A DNA stretch of 64,000 nt from the human T2T-CHM13v2.0 reference genome, Homo sapiens, in the NCBI RefSeq assembly GCF_009914755.1, contig NC_060935.1; one strand, 5' to 3'. Both the position numbers and the translations under genes were made by a program. The notes under the pieces were generated by a model, which searched no databases, was not told the DNA's origin, and saw only the letters and a program-made list of their open reading frames with translations. Shown here in pieces: positions 1 through 16,537 of the stretch (position 1 is the stretch's first letter; every line of letters starts with the position of its first letter).

Positions 1-202
1 ATTCTCACAGATTTCCCATTCCTGTTGAGAATCACTGTCTTAATCTTTCTCCTTCCAATCCTTCCTGCCTGTCCTGCCTGAGTAACTTTTCAAAACTTCC
101 AGTTAATCAATAAAGGCTTCTCATTGCCTTTCTTCAGGTTGGCTTTCACATTCTGCCCCAGGCCACTCTCTTGCCCTTGTTTTCTTCAATTTCTTCCATG
201 CC

Positions 203-2570
<2,368 letters not shown>

Positions 2571-2975
2571 TATGTTAGTCCATTCGTGTTGTCATTAAGA
2601 AATATCTGAGTCTGGGTAATTTATAAAGAAAAGAGGTTTAATTGGCTCAGCATTCTGCAGGCTATACAAACACGGTGCTAGCATCTGCTTCTAGTGAGGG
2701 CCTCAGGAAGCTTCCAATCATGGTGGAGAGTAAAGAAAGAACGGGTGCTTCATATGGCAGGAGCAAGAAGGGGGAGGTCTCAGACTCTTTTAAGCAGCCA
2801 GATCACATGTGAAATAACTGAACAAGAACACACTCATCACCAAAGGGATGGTGATAAGCCATTCATGAGGGATCTGCCTCCATGATCCAATATCCCCCAC
2901 CAGGCCCAACCTCCAAAATTGGGGATCACATTTTAATGTGAGGTTTGGAGGGGACACACATCCAAACCATTATCA
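2571..2975 (-). mobile_element. MSTA-like LTR (5' LTR)
   Basis: Second copy of the LTR seen at 203-918. Confidence 0.88.
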
Positions 2976-2999
2976 GTGCCCCGCAAGTTCCAGCCAAAC

Positions 3000-3770
3000 C
3001 AAAGTAGACCTTCTTTCTCTAAATACACCAGAGCTGTTCACAACCCCAAGCATTGGTTCATGCTATCTCATCTTCTTGGGATTTTCTTCTGTTCTTATTT
3101 CACTCTTCCTACCTGGGAGCATTCCACTTAATTTTCAGTGCTCAGATCAAATGCCACCTCCTCCATGAAGTCTTAAGAAATTTCTACCCTCTTCCAGGCA
3201 AAATTAGTCACTCCTTCCTCTACATATCTTCATATCTCTCTATTCACAGTGCTAATACACTTAATAGCAGCTTGGGTAGGCCACCTTTCTTAACTCCCTC
3301 CAAAAGGATCTGGATTCCTCCTTTGGTTTCCTAAAACAAATTTTAGACCTCTGTTATAGTCTATACCCTATTCCACTTTGTGTGTACATGGTGTGTTTTA
3401 TAACCTGTTTCTTAAATTAGACAACAATCCCCCTCAAAGATAGACACTGCCTTCTCCTTTAATTTCCCAGCATGAAGCAAAGATTCCACAGTTTTAATGG
3501 ACACTAAATAAATAATTCTTTAGGCAAGATTCAGATTAGACATCATCATCTCAGGAAGCCTTTCCAAGCCCTAACAAGTGGTAGTGAGCTGCATCTGTCA
3601 CATCAGCACCCTACATGTAGCACATTCTATTGAAATTACCTGCTTATGAGCCTGTACTTTCACTAGACTGCAAGTTCCTTCTGGGCAGCAACAGTATTTT
3701 TCTCTCTCTCCTACCATGGCACATTACACAGTGCCTGGCAGACAGTTGTACTCTTCAGTGTTCTGGAACA
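3000..3770 (+). mobile_element. L2 LINE fragments
   Basis: L2-typical motifs: tcaaatgccacctcctccatgaag, catctcaggaagcctttcc, ctagactgcaagttcctt, cacagtgcctggcagacag. Confidence 0.6.
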
Positions 3771-4231
3771 ACTATGCTGAATTTACTGTAATTTCCTTGC
3801 AGATGATAAACACTCCAAGTGCACTTATGGCATTTTTTACCACTCTCAAATTTTTGACAGCATCTTCCTCCAACCCTGAATTGAGAGCAAACTTTCAAAC
3901 AATATTTGTCAATTGACAAATTATTATTAAATATTCCTGAATAAGTTTAGGCCTGCATATGAGAGGATGGAATGTCCCACTTAGATGTGTTCCCAGGAAA
4001 GGAAGGATTCAGTCTTTTAACGGCCATACCCCAATTCTGTTTGTTGTCATGTATCTATATCCTGATAGTTCAGCAATGATTAGTCAAGTCTCTAGTAGGT
4101 TGGATCTGTCACTGATTCAATCTCAGCATATTGACCTGGTTCCATTCTGGCCACTTTCCTCCTCTCCTGTGGTCCCAATATATACACCAGATTGGCATAT
4201 TAACCTTGTCTAGGAATTTTTAAAAATTAAA

Positions 4232-4519
4232 GGCCGGGCGCGGTGGCTCATGTCTGTAATCCCTGTACTTTGGGAGGCCAAAGAGGGCAGATCACAAGGT
4301 CAGGAGTTCAAGACCAGCCTGACCAACATGGTGAAATCCCATCTCTACTAAAAATACAAAAATTAGCCGGTCGTGGTGGCGCGCACCTGTAATCCAGCTG
4401 AGGCAGGAGATTCGGGAGGCAGAGGTTGCAGTGAGCTGAGATCACACCATTGCACTCCAGCCTGGGCGACAGAGAGAGACTCCATCTCAAAAAACAGGAA
4501 AAAGAAAAAAGAAAAAAAA
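4232..4519 (+). mobile_element. AluS (Sg-like) with small right-arm deletions
   Basis: ggccgggcgcggtggctca start, A-rich tail, TSD about AAAAATTAAA. Confidence 0.92.
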
Positions 4520-6005
4520 TTAAAAGGGACATGCAAATAAAATTTTCGGGAAAATTCAAAATAATGCCTACTCATGAGACAAGTGCCATTCCAACAAAGC
4601 TGAGGGTTGGGTCATTGCTCAATGTATTCATAATACATAGACCTGCTGGGTGATGAAAACTTATAACATTGTTTCATCTAAAACTGAAATGTTTTGGAAT
4701 TTTTTAGGTGAATGAAAATATCAGGATATTTGTGGAAATAAACCCAATCTCACATCATCATTATTAAAATAAAAGTTACAATGCTACTATGTGATATGTT
4801 TTATTTTAAGCATAAAATAAAGCATGTTTTACTATTAGGTTTTTTAAAAGCATAAAAATGAAAAGAAGCTCCCTTTTTCTCCATTGTTTAAATAAAATAA
4901 CATAAATCTCCTTTTACAAGTTTATAAATTAATCAACCATTGTTGAATGCCTGGGCATAACTTAGCTGACACCATATCCAAACATTAAGCTAGTGCTGAG
5001 CAACCAATGAGAAGATAGTTTTTCTGGAAGTTGGAAAATCACATCAACTTGATGTAAATAAAAAGAACAAGCTTGACATTGATCACAGCATATCAACTGG
5101 GAGGAGGAATGGAAGCACGGTTGCCATCATAATATATCACAATCGCAGATATGTCAAAAAATTGTAAGGGTTTTTCCAGATAGGTCTAGTATGAAATTAC
5201 TTGGAGGCAAAAAATAATGACACTGCACTTCTTACTTAAAGTAAAACTCATGGGATATCAGTGAACTTTAACTCACATCTTATGATTTTATTTAAAAGTC
5301 CCCAGAGTCCTGATTACTCCAAAATTCTGTGATCTAGGATTGATGATTTTCTCTCTGCAGTGAGGTCATTGATGTGATTAGCTGCAATGCAGTATTTTAA
5401 GGCTCCATTGAGAGGAATGGAATAAAGTCAAGAATTGAGGCATTCGTCCAGATTAGTCTTATAAAATCTGATACTAGATGAGAAAAAAAAAAAAAGTTGG
5501 TGTGGACTTGAATGGTCCCAAGTGACTACCTGTACAACCAAAATTCACTGATATAAAATGGGAGGAAGTGGAATATCCAAAATTACTAGTCCTAGTCAGC
5601 GAAGGACAGGCCCCAGTAAAGGTCAACACCCTGTAGGCCTGAGTTGCCATTACAAATCATTTCTCAGGTTAGTAAATAGTGGGGAAAAAATAAAACAAAA
5701 CATTTTAAGGAGTTTTGACACTTCTCATATTATTCATTCTAATATCCCTATGTTCGACTTTTGTCAAAGTTTTACATAACAGAAATAAAAATTCACAAGT
5801 ATTTAAAATGTCTCAAATGTGCAAAAAGGTTGACTTTATCTACCAAGAAATAGGTGCCTGAAACCAGCAAAGGGCATCATATTGAAATAACTTTCTCATT
5901 TGGTTGTGAGTTTCTTAAAGGGCAGTCCAGGTCTCAGGTCCTACTAACCAGCCGAGAGCAGCAACTGAATTCCTATAAAATCTCAAATACAACCTTGAAA
6001 AGTAA

Positions 6006-6443
<438 letters not shown>

Positions 6444-9400
6444 TAGTTTCCCCTTACACATGGCAGGGAAAAAAAAAAAAAATCACCCTTTCTAAGAGTA
6501 CGATGATGAAATACATATTGACAGTCAAATAAGTTTAATTTCTTGGAAAAAAAGGCTTTGCACAATAAAAATAACCTATTTTCTTCAAAAAACTGAATAA
6601 TATGAATACATCACATTTACTTTGCCAGTTCTTGATTTATAGTTAGATACCCTGATCTTATTGGGTAAGGGCATTGGTATTCCTTGCCAGCATTTATTTT
6701 AGCTCTACCTTGCCAGTGGTTGGGGCAAGGGTAGAACGAGAGGACCCAAAGGAATGGGGGATAATAAAAGGGATTGAAGAAGGGTAGAGAGGCACTGCTA
6801 ATCTTTTAAAGAATTGCTAATCTGAGATATCCCTGTTAATACCTGCCCACAGACTTTCTTTTTAGCACTTGTGGAGTGGGTATTTTGCATATATTCTTCT
6901 CATTCTTCCAGATTTACACTCACAGAAGAGTAGAGGGGGCAGTTTCTCCAAGTCATCACTGTTTCTTTTACATAGACTTTCACATTAAATGAATATATAT
7001 TCACTTAATAAGAATGAATATATATAAATATGAATGAATATTTAAAAATATATATCAATAAAATAAATATCAGCCTTGGATTACAACATAACTTCTCTTA
7101 GAATATGCTTGGGAGTTTTATAATCTACTTAACACACCACTTGTAAAAATAATAGAGTTATTTTTCAAGGAGATTCCAAATTTCAGTCTATATGAATGAA
7201 ATAATACCTATCCTTGCCACACACTAAAAAAATATCAGGGAGGAAAAGAGAACTTTGTCAGAGCATTCTCTATAACAGGGTCTTCATTTTGCATATTTGC
7301 TTATTTTTAACCCCAACTCCTTGAATATAAAATATTATATCCAAATGCTCCCCCTTTGCTAACTTAACAAACCATGAGAAGGTTTCTGTTTGTTTGCCCA
7401 AATATTACTAGCATTGTTTGTTGAGTTGGTTGATTAGCACTGTAGAAAGTCTTTGTTTTGCTGATACTTTTCACATGCTGTATAAGTACTACCAGGAAAC
7501 CTGCCTCAAAGTAAATTAAATGAGCATGTTATCTCTGAAGGCCTCATACAGTTAGGAAGTGGAAGGCAGTCAGAAAGGGGAAGCTCAACTTTGTCCTCCC
7601 AATTCGGAGTGGAAAAAAGAAATCCAACAAAGTTTAAAAAGTGGGAGCTCTGAAAGCTGTGTCTGCTACTTAACTGTAAAGTCTCAGTGACATGCTTTTG
7701 AAAAAGAAAACTTTTTCAATTAATGGGGCCATTGAAAATAAATTTAGTATTTTTGGTCGTGTGCTGCCATCTTAGTGATTATTTTAAATCAGCCTGAGGG
7801 CATTATGGGTAAAGAGAAGGAGAACAGTTACATCCTATTTCATCTTCTGTCTACCTATACATGTGATCTTCTGCTTCATGTTCTTCCAAAATTCCAGAAT
7901 GTGTGCTATATTTCTCTTTCTTTTTAAAAGATATTTGTATTTTTAGGGCTCAGAAGATATAAGTTACAAACAATATTTTGACCATATTATGTTCAGTATG
8001 TTAAATACTGGGGGTGGCCATTTTCAAGAAATGTCAGGGTTAGGTCTTCAGTCTGATTTACAAGTTTTCTATTTATTGGAGCAATTACAGACACTTGTTG
8101 AAATGTCTGGATTAATGGTTGAACTTGAACCTATGCTTTCAAAATGTCTTGGGATGGACCTTGGCCACAAGATGAGTTGTTCCTTTCAAGTTGTTCCAGA
8201 AGTTAAATATCTGCAGAAGACACAGGCTAAGAGATGGGGTTCCCTCCAAATCTGTTCTCCCAAGGGTTTCAGCATTCCTTCCAGCTCCTTGGAGAACTAC
8301 ACTATTTGTGAGTGCAAAAAGAACTTGTTTCGACTGCTTCAACCATAGAGACTCAGCTTTTCATTAACCTCTTTGTCTCTTCTAGCATTTTAGGTGGAAA
8401 TATTACCCAGCCTTATAATATTTCAGCCATTTCCTTCCTTCCCCCTTCATTTCACACCTTATTAAAGCATAACTGATCAGAAGATGGGACGATCCATTTT
8501 TCTCCAACCAAAATGCACCGAAGAATTTAGCAATGCCAACTTCTCCTTTCACAAAAGCTTTGGAATCATTTGTTTAAATTTGACTTTTGAATCAGCCCCA
8601 AGTGACTGTTCTTTGGCAACAAAATATGTAACTTTATCACAGATAAATTTTCTTTGCTCACAGTTCCTGGCCTGGAGTTGCTGTAAGGATCATCCAGACA
8701 CATGCTGGAAATTAAACAGTGTACTACCAGGGTGGCCGCAATTAAATTCAGACTTGCATTCAAACCATGGCCCGCTCCGCATTTCTTCGAGAAGTTTGCT
8801 TTCTAAAGACATTTCAGAATGTCTTTTCACAAAAGAAAGGCAGGGTAGCTCTGCCCAAGTCCCCTAAATCAAGGCAATGAGAATGAAAAGGGAGAGATGT
8901 ATTTGCAGCATGCCACACTAGATGTTCATCTACAGGAAGATCTGAGGCTTCTAATTTAGGGTGTTTTCTTCTGGAACCCAAAGGTAATTCTATCCACGCC
9001 TTCACAGACAGACTACAATTATTATTTGAAAAAGAAATAAATCATGAGTTCTCATCGGACATCAACCCACCAGCATGTGTTATAAAATGGAATGGCTCCT
9101 TGAAAGAAAATATTTCCTCCTCTGCATGTAGACATATCCCCCTTGACTTAAAAATATATTTTAGAATTGAAATGCTGAATGCTTAGCAAATTCTGAAAAT
9201 AGTGAAGAGTTCTGGACTCAAGCCAAATGTTGTATGGCTTAAGGGAAAAAATGATCAATTTGGAATAATTTTTTCTAGATACTTACGGATAGTACAATAT
9301 TTAGAAGGAAGAAAACTATGGAGGACCATTTATAGGTATGTGATATTTCTAGGCTAAAACTAAGTTTATAAAATGTGTAAATTTGTTTTTTAGCAAAATC

Positions 9401-10469
9401 GTTTAAAGATGGAGTTCAAATTTAATCTGCTCCTCTGTTTCTTTTTAGGTAGAATCAGTTTTAATCACTTGTATTGATTTGAAGAAATATAAATTGCATA
9501 AAGTTAAAGTGGCTGGAAGAGATCTCCAGATTTTCATGTTATGTCAAATGCCTATTTGAAATACTTTCCTAAAAATCTGTTTTGACGGTGTAACTCTGTA
9601 ACCTTTGAAAACTTTGGGAGTTGTCAGGAGTTGGCCTGTTCATAGAAGACAATCACTCATGCATAAATGTCATTCAAAAGAACAGCTATGTTTAAGGTAC
9701 AAAATAACATAGTACCAAGACTTAATAGCCACACAAACGATAGTCAAACCCTTTTTTTTTTTCCTACAGAGCAGAAAGTTACCACAGAAATTTCACATGC
9801 AAGCATAAATGATCTGAAAAAGACAATCACCAATTTAGGTTGAAATGATTTCAACATTTGAGCAAATTACAAACAGCAGACCTGGCCTTCCTTACAACTT
9901 CCATCTAGTTGTTGCACTGAACAAAAATAAACAAATGGAAAGCTTGACAGATGAATAAGACTTTTCTCATGATTTTAAAAAATGAAAATGCAACAGCAAA
10001 GCAAATATCACCACCGAAGTTATTCCGAAGAAACTGCCTTTGGTATGTAGGCTGGAGCAAAGACTCCAAAGCCTCCCCTCGATCTCCCATCAGAATCCTC
10101 CACTTTTGCTGTATTTCCTAATTTTGTAGACTCTATTGCTGAGCTCTTTATCAAACCAGTGTGCAATAAAAAAGCCTCCACCGTTCTACTAACTTGCAAT
10201 TTTCTCCCTCCTCCTGGACAGAGGCCACTAGGAAGGGAAAGCCTCAAAAAAAAAAAAAAAAAAAAAGAGGAGTGAAAGCGAAGAAACAATAGACAACCGT
10301 GGCTTTGACAATGCCTTCCCTCAACCCCCTTTCTGCTCCTGCTGTGACACTTGCATTCAAGAGCAAGGACGTCTGCCATCCGATGCATGGACAATGGAAT
10401 GAGGAATACAAGGCAGCGGGGAAGAAAGGAAATCAGATGAATTCTGAGCTAAGATGGCAGGGTTCTCAC

Positions 10470-10478
10470 CTTTTCCAT
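10470..10478 (-). CDS. Candidate micro-coding end (Met-Glu-Lys) of an alternative first exon
   Basis: Minus strand cccaaaATGGAAAAG|gtgaga: strong Kozak (A at -3, G at +4) directly followed by a near-consensus donor AAG|GTGAGA, in a repeat-free block. Confidence 0.4.
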
Positions 10479-10690
10479 TTTGGGGAATTTTTTTGTTTTT
10501 TGGGTTTTTTTTTTTTTTTTTTGCCAAAAATAAAAAGTCTGGATGGAGTCTTCCCGCAGAGAAGAAATAAAAAGAGTGTTTGAATTGTTGGATGGTTCTG
10601 AAGGCTTCTGAATTTGCAAACGAATTTTAGAACTATTTGCAGAGGTCTACTTGCTGCCAGTCATCTCTCTCTCTCTCTCTTTCTCTTCTG
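10470..10690 (-). promoter_or_regulatory. Candidate alternative promoter / first exon with (GA)n tract and A-rich leader
   Basis: (CT)8 at 10665-10680, T18 at 10505-10522 (A18 on minus), short uORF MTGSK* at 10647-10664, strong donor at 10469; 5' boundary is a guess. Confidence 0.35.
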
Positions 10691-11857
10691 TTTTATGTCC
10701 TGCTATCTCCATCATGCCTCTGTTACTATGAAGACTTTCTGCCTGTGTAAGTAAGTGAGAGTGTGCATTCCTTAATGTTTGAATCAAGACACACGTCTGC
10801 ATGCATTTCTAATCTAAGAAGCCTATAGCAGTTACTACAACTATCAATTAGTCAGCAATAGCTGAGAACTTCAACGCCTCTGAAGGAACAAAGGTGGAAA
10901 GACAGGCAGATACTCCAGCATCTGGATCATGCAACTTGCTGGCTACAAATAATGGCACCTTCTCTGGCTTTTATCTGTGTTTAGTCCTCAAATCTATGTA
11001 ACATTATGGGTTATTAATGTATCCAGCCACATAATTAGATATGGAGCATCTAAGACATATATGTTTCTTTGGCATTATTGGGAATAAAATGCATTAAGCT
11101 GAACTAAAAGGAATTGCCTGCTGACAAAAAAGAGTTTATCGTATATGTGATCTACGTTCCATTTTAATCAACTCCCACTAGAACTGAAATTAACTATACG
11201 GTAGAGTTCTTTGTTCATTTCAGTGGTTTTTATGAAAGAAGCTAAGAAAATAGTGATTAAAAAAGGAAAGCTAAATATTTAGCTGTAGAAAAGCATATAA
11301 GAAGATTAATTTTCCTCCATAAATGAAATCATTTTGGTTTAAACTCAAGCCTGGATTTTGGTTAATGTTGAGTGGGTTTGTGTGGGGGGGCTGTGTGTGT
11401 TTAGTTGCAAGTGTTGTGAGCACCGTCTTACACTGCATATGTCTGTGTTAACTTGTATTGAATATATTCTGGGCTAACCACCTGAAACAAAATAAAGACT
11501 TCTTTTATCTCATTTTACAGAAACCTCAAAAAAATCGACCCTTCCGAAAACCAATGCTCTGCCTTTCGTTTTCAAGGACATTAAAATATTGCTAACTTGA
11601 ATACACAAGAAGAAAGAGGGTGGTATAAGTAACAGCTGATCTCACTCCCTTTTAAATATAAATCATTTCAAATGGAATGATGTCCTTTGCATCTGATGTT
11701 ATCTGTGATTTTGTCCCTCTTTTCTGGTGCATGAAAAGCAATGCTTCTTTCCTCCGCACTTTTTGTTAGAATTGAAATAATTTCCAAGCGAGATATGGAA
11801 AATATCATGAAGGTTAACATTTGTCTCTAACTCCATAAACACAACAGAAAGTCTCAC

Positions 11858-11894
11858 CTGAGCACAGGTATTCACAGCCAAGCCGTAGCAGAAG
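11858..11894 (-). other. Candidate 37-nt internal exon
   Basis: Minus strand attgttttgcag|CTTCTGCTACGG...TGTGCTCAG|gtgaga: good acceptor and strong donor CAG|GTGAGA. Confidence 0.4.
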
Positions 11895-12313
11895 CTGCAA
11901 AACAATATCCCCTCATTTCCCTCTGCTACTCATTCCTTTTCTTGGGACTATCACCCCAAAGAGCAAAATTTTTTTCTTCCTAAAGAAAATAGCTCAGACA
12001 ATAATTTTACCCCTGTTAACTTGTGAGGTAACCACAGAAGCTGAGAAATTCGGGACTAACATTCAAAGAGAAAACCCAAACAATAGAGCAGAAAAACTGA
12101 GTTGCAGGAACCGGGAATGAGAGTCTAGCAAGCTTTTATAATGAGGAGAGGTGTTAGAAATCAGGATAAAGCAAGTCCTTATCAAGATAAAGCAGGGGTA
12201 GACAGGGGGGCACAGTAACCCCCATCAAACCCTGTCACTTAAGAAAGAGAAAATTCTAACAAGGTTGAGGAAGAGAAAGGAAATGGTGCTAAATAGCTGG
12301 CGAGGTGACCCAC

Positions 12314-12511
12314 CGTCCTGTTTGCTCCTTGGCTCTTGCCGAGGGGAATAACAGCCACAGCAGTGACAACGGAGTTCTAATGTGTCAGGTGCAACCTCTG
12401 CCCCGTGCTCTCTACCTCCCAAAAACGAAAGAAAATCATGCCTCAGATAGAACACAACAGGAACGAGCAGGCGCCATCGTCAAGTCCCGGACCCCATCAG
12501 CACCGGCTGGT
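12314..12511 (-). other. Candidate exon in CpG-enriched unique sequence
   Basis: Acceptor ggctttcatag| (weak pyrimidine tract) and donor ACG|GTGGGT; locally many CpGs. Confidence 0.25.
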
Positions 12512-14804
12512 CTATGAAAGCCTTGTATCAAGGGTCCCATTCAAAGGCAACGAAGAACCAGAGACAATGGCAAATCAAAAACTGGCAGGGTTTCTGGAAT
12601 AATTTAATTCCTCACTCCAGAATTTAGATGGGTATAGCAAGAAACACAGGCGAGAGCTCCTTCACACCAAGACGCGAGCATATGCCTGCCTCTCTGTGGA
12701 TGTATTTTTAGACATAATATCATGGGGAAGGCAGCCTGTGCACTCATCAACAGCATTTGCTTCCTAACGTGGGTGCAGCCTCTTTTTCACTCTGAGAGTA
12801 GCTGATGAGCAGAGGAAGCAATCCACATTTCTCACCAAGCCAAAGGTCAGGAAGGAGGACCCCAAACCACAATCCATTGTCTCTGTGCTCAGAAAGCATT
12901 AAATACATTTTCAAGATGTGTTCCAGTATGAGGTCATGCCGCGTGGCAATTCGCTCACTTCCTATTTTTCCACAAATGACTTATTCTATCATCCAAAAGC
13001 ATAACCAGAAAAAGAAATCACACCTTGACAAAGACAATTCAAACACTGTAGACGAAGGATAAAAATATTTGACAGGACATCTATTATTAATAACATGTAC
13101 TAAACTTTTTAACATGTCTGTTAAAAGCAAGAGACGGATAATGATTTATGTCAGATTTAAATGTGCTTTAAAATTGGATATTCTTCGCATTCACTTCAAG
13201 CTTCAAACATTTAAAATAATAAACACACACAAAAATAGCTCAGCTCTTTAAAATGTGATTAACTAGAAAGGAACAATTCAGCCTTTGCAAACAAATTAAC
13301 TGTAATCTGGTATATTCTTATCTGATCTGGGGAATTTTCCCTTCGTGTGGAGGATTAAAAAATTTTTAAAGACTCCTTTAAATTTTTCATATTAAAGTAG
13401 TAATCAAATATGTATGTGGACTTATCTATACATAGACAAAATTCTCAAGTTAATTTAAACTTATGAGAGAAATCCAAGGACTAGTAGGTCAAACCATCAG
13501 AAAAGAAAAATAACCATAAAAACAATCTTTAACCACACACCAATTTCTAGTTTCATGCACTTCTGGAATAGAAATGGACTGAATGGAAATGAATGAAATT
13601 AATTTTTCACAACCACTATATTGCAAAACACAATCACTTAAAATGAAGAACAAACAGCCCACCTTCCATATTTTTGAGTCAGAATTTGTTTGTGTCAGAA
13701 TTACGTTTTTTAAAAATATTGTATGTAAGTAATCTGTAAAAGAGAGTTACAGGATGGATTATTTCTAACTCTACAAATAAGCATTCTGAGTTTTGATTTT
13801 GCTTTAACAATTGAAACAGTTTACAATTTCACATTGTAAATCTCACTAGGACTGAATAATGCTCTCACATGGATTGACAAAGAAAGAAAAATTCATGTCA
13901 GACCAAAAGGCTTCTTTCAGTCAGTTTCATGCAGCTTTCTTCCAACGGATCTGGGCCAAAACAAATGTAGAATCTTGAGCTGAACTATCCATCACATTTT
14001 CCTAGTCTTTCAATTAATGACACTGCAATCAGATCGATAGAATGTAATAAGAAAAGAGCTTTGCATTTCTATACCTATTAATTCGCTGAGTAACTCCAGC
14101 AGTAAAACGTGACCTGAAAGGAAAAACACTCAAGGAAAATGAATTCTCTTAGCGTATTGAGCAATGACTCCCTGACCCAAAAATGAACACTAGAGTTTCT
14201 ATCTTCCAACCAGGGTTATTAAGATCTAAAGATCAGATTGCCTTGTCAAGAGTGAGCTTATTCTTTTTTCACAAGATTCTCTGCAATACACTCACACCAC
14301 AAGAGGTCTAGTCAAATTGGCCATTTTTTAGAATTTTGGAACAAACATCTTTGAAGTGCAGGTTAGAGTATCTGAAAGGAAAGGCATTGTTCTTCACTTC
14401 CTAGGCCACCCTGAACTACCACATTTCTGATCTTGGTTTTCTGTGATGTTCTGCCCCAAGGAATTGGGTTTAGAAAGGGTGAAGCAGGGAAAGAATCGTG
14501 GGAATGCTAATTGAGCACAGCCCCATTCCAAATTATTGCATTGGTTTGAGTCTATGCAAACAGTGACAGACATAACAATGCAATACGATGTCTGGATACT
14601 CCATATTTATCACCAGAGACAGAGAACCCGGAACACACGGGATGAGCTTTCTGTGGGAAGGATGAGGCAAAGAAAGGCTGGCCTGAGATTATCATGTGCG
14701 TGTCTAGATTTTAATGTCACTGGAGGTTCATAAACAGTAACTTCAGTCATAAAAAGTAGACTCTTTCTACTAAATTAGGGTTATAAGGTAGTTCAATCAA
14801 CCAC

Positions 14805-14997
14805 TAGTGTAGCAGAAAGAACATAGGTTTTGTTGCCAGACAAACCAGAGTTTGAATTTCAATTCTATCATATACTAGTTAGCACCTCTGAACCTCAAAT
14901 TTTTATTAGCAAAATAGAAATATTATTGCTTACTTGAAGGGCTACTATGAGGGTTGAGTGAGATAACATATGTAAACTATGTGGCACATAATAGCTA
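14805..14997 (+). mobile_element. MIR
   Basis: tagtgtagcagaaagaacatagg...ctctgaacctc...gtgagataacatatgtaaa pattern. Confidence 0.7.
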
Positions 14998-15058
14998 AAC
15001 CTTTCCCCTCACAATCCTTGTGTTTCCAAATATAAACTAGCAGTAAAAATACAATCTT

Positions 15059-15365
15059 GGCTGAGCACAGAGGCTCAGGCCTGTAATTCCAGCACTTTGA
15101 GAGACCCAGGAGGGTGAATCGCTTGAGCCCAGAAGTTCAGTACCAGCCTAGGCCACATAGTGAGACTCTGCCTCTACAAAAAAAATTTTTTAAGTTAGCC
15201 AGGTATGGTGGATGTGCCTGTCGTTCTAGCTACCAGGGAGGCCAAGGTGGGAAGATATCTTGAGCCCAAGGAGGTCGAGGCTGCAGTGAGCTATATGATC
15301 ACACCACTGCACTCCAGCCTGGGCAACAGAGTAAGATCCTGTCTCAAAAAAAAAAAGGAAAAAAT
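15059..15365 (+). mobile_element. AluJ
   Basis: J diagnostics (cttgagccc, gaggctgcagtgagct); TSD aaaaat(a/g)caatctt. Confidence 0.9.
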
Positions 15366-16277
15366 GCAATCTTATTGTACAAATTAAATGAAATAGTGTA
15401 TATAGAACTCTCAATAAACTGTTCACCAATGCACAACTGAAGGTATTATTATTGTTGACAAAAATAACAATAAAGCCTTAAAAATTGAATATGTTATTTC
15501 ATCTAAGACATAAAGAAATAGTATGGTCTGAGACCTCCCTTTTTTGCAATTATGTATTTAAATCCAAGGGGAAATATTGCTGCTGGAAGAGCTGTATCAA
15601 GTGAATTGGCCACCAGCAACCAGTCTTTCAGTGCACGCCAATCTTAGTTGCCAATGGTAGCACCATCTTTTGAAGGTTAAAAAAAAAAAGTACTTAAAAT
15701 TCCAAGATGAAACTACAAGAAGAAATCTAGCAGTGAGTTGGCGGAAACACCTTTGATGAGAAGTAAGAATAGCACGGCTAAGTGTTCCCTGTGTTTGCAA
15801 TAAAAGAGGAAAAGATCTGATTATTCATTTAATAAGTTTTTATCTATCAGTAGAATATTCATAAAACAGTATAGGTGGGAGCTGTAGGGAAGATAAATTG
15901 CCCTCAAAGAGCTTCAAGTCTAAATAAAAAATATTTATGTCATAAAATGAAAATAATTACAAAACCTGAAGTGAGAAAAATACTACTAGTCTTGGAATAA
16001 AGTTTGGCAGTAATTGATGTTTGACATCTGCAGTATCAGAAGTATTTTAAAAGGACCTCTTTTATTACTTTGTCATGACAATCATTAACTAATGAAATCA
16101 GACAATAGATGAGAGAGCTTAAAATAATTGCTGCAAAATATCAAGCTTTATTAAGACATCAAGTTCATTACCTATGCATGGTCTGGATAGAAAATATTGG
16201 AAAGCTTGTAGAAACTAAAAAAACCAATTCAATAGGTATAATTAACTGAAGAAGATATCTGCTGCTTTTAGGGGAAA

Positions 16278-16537
16278 ATAATAATAACAATATCTACCAC
16301 TTACAGAGTACTTATACAATGCCAGACAACGTGCTAAGTGTTTTATGTCTAACAACCCACTTAATCTTCAAAATATCCCTAAGAGGTGTGTACTACTGTT
16401 ATCATCACAGCTTTACAGATGAAGAAACTAAAGCACAAAGACGGCAAGTGACCTGCCCAAGATCACAGAGCTAGCACATAATACAGTCAATTTCACACCC
16501 AGGCAATTTGATGCCTGAGCCCATGCCCTTGACCACT
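16278..16537 (-). mobile_element. MIR, near full length
   Basis: Core tttacagatgaagaaactaaagcac...aagtgacctgcccaagatcacagagctag. Confidence 0.85.

Noticed and set aside
7989-8867. 119-aa and 127-aa plus-strand ORFs in unique DNA
   Set aside because: No recognisable protein similarity or exon boundaries; length within chance expectation
6500-12511. Interpretation as a 6-kb 3' UTR terminal exon on minus strand (ATTAAA near 6535)
   Set aside because: Strong internal donors and promoter-like features fit a 5' region better; not fully excluded
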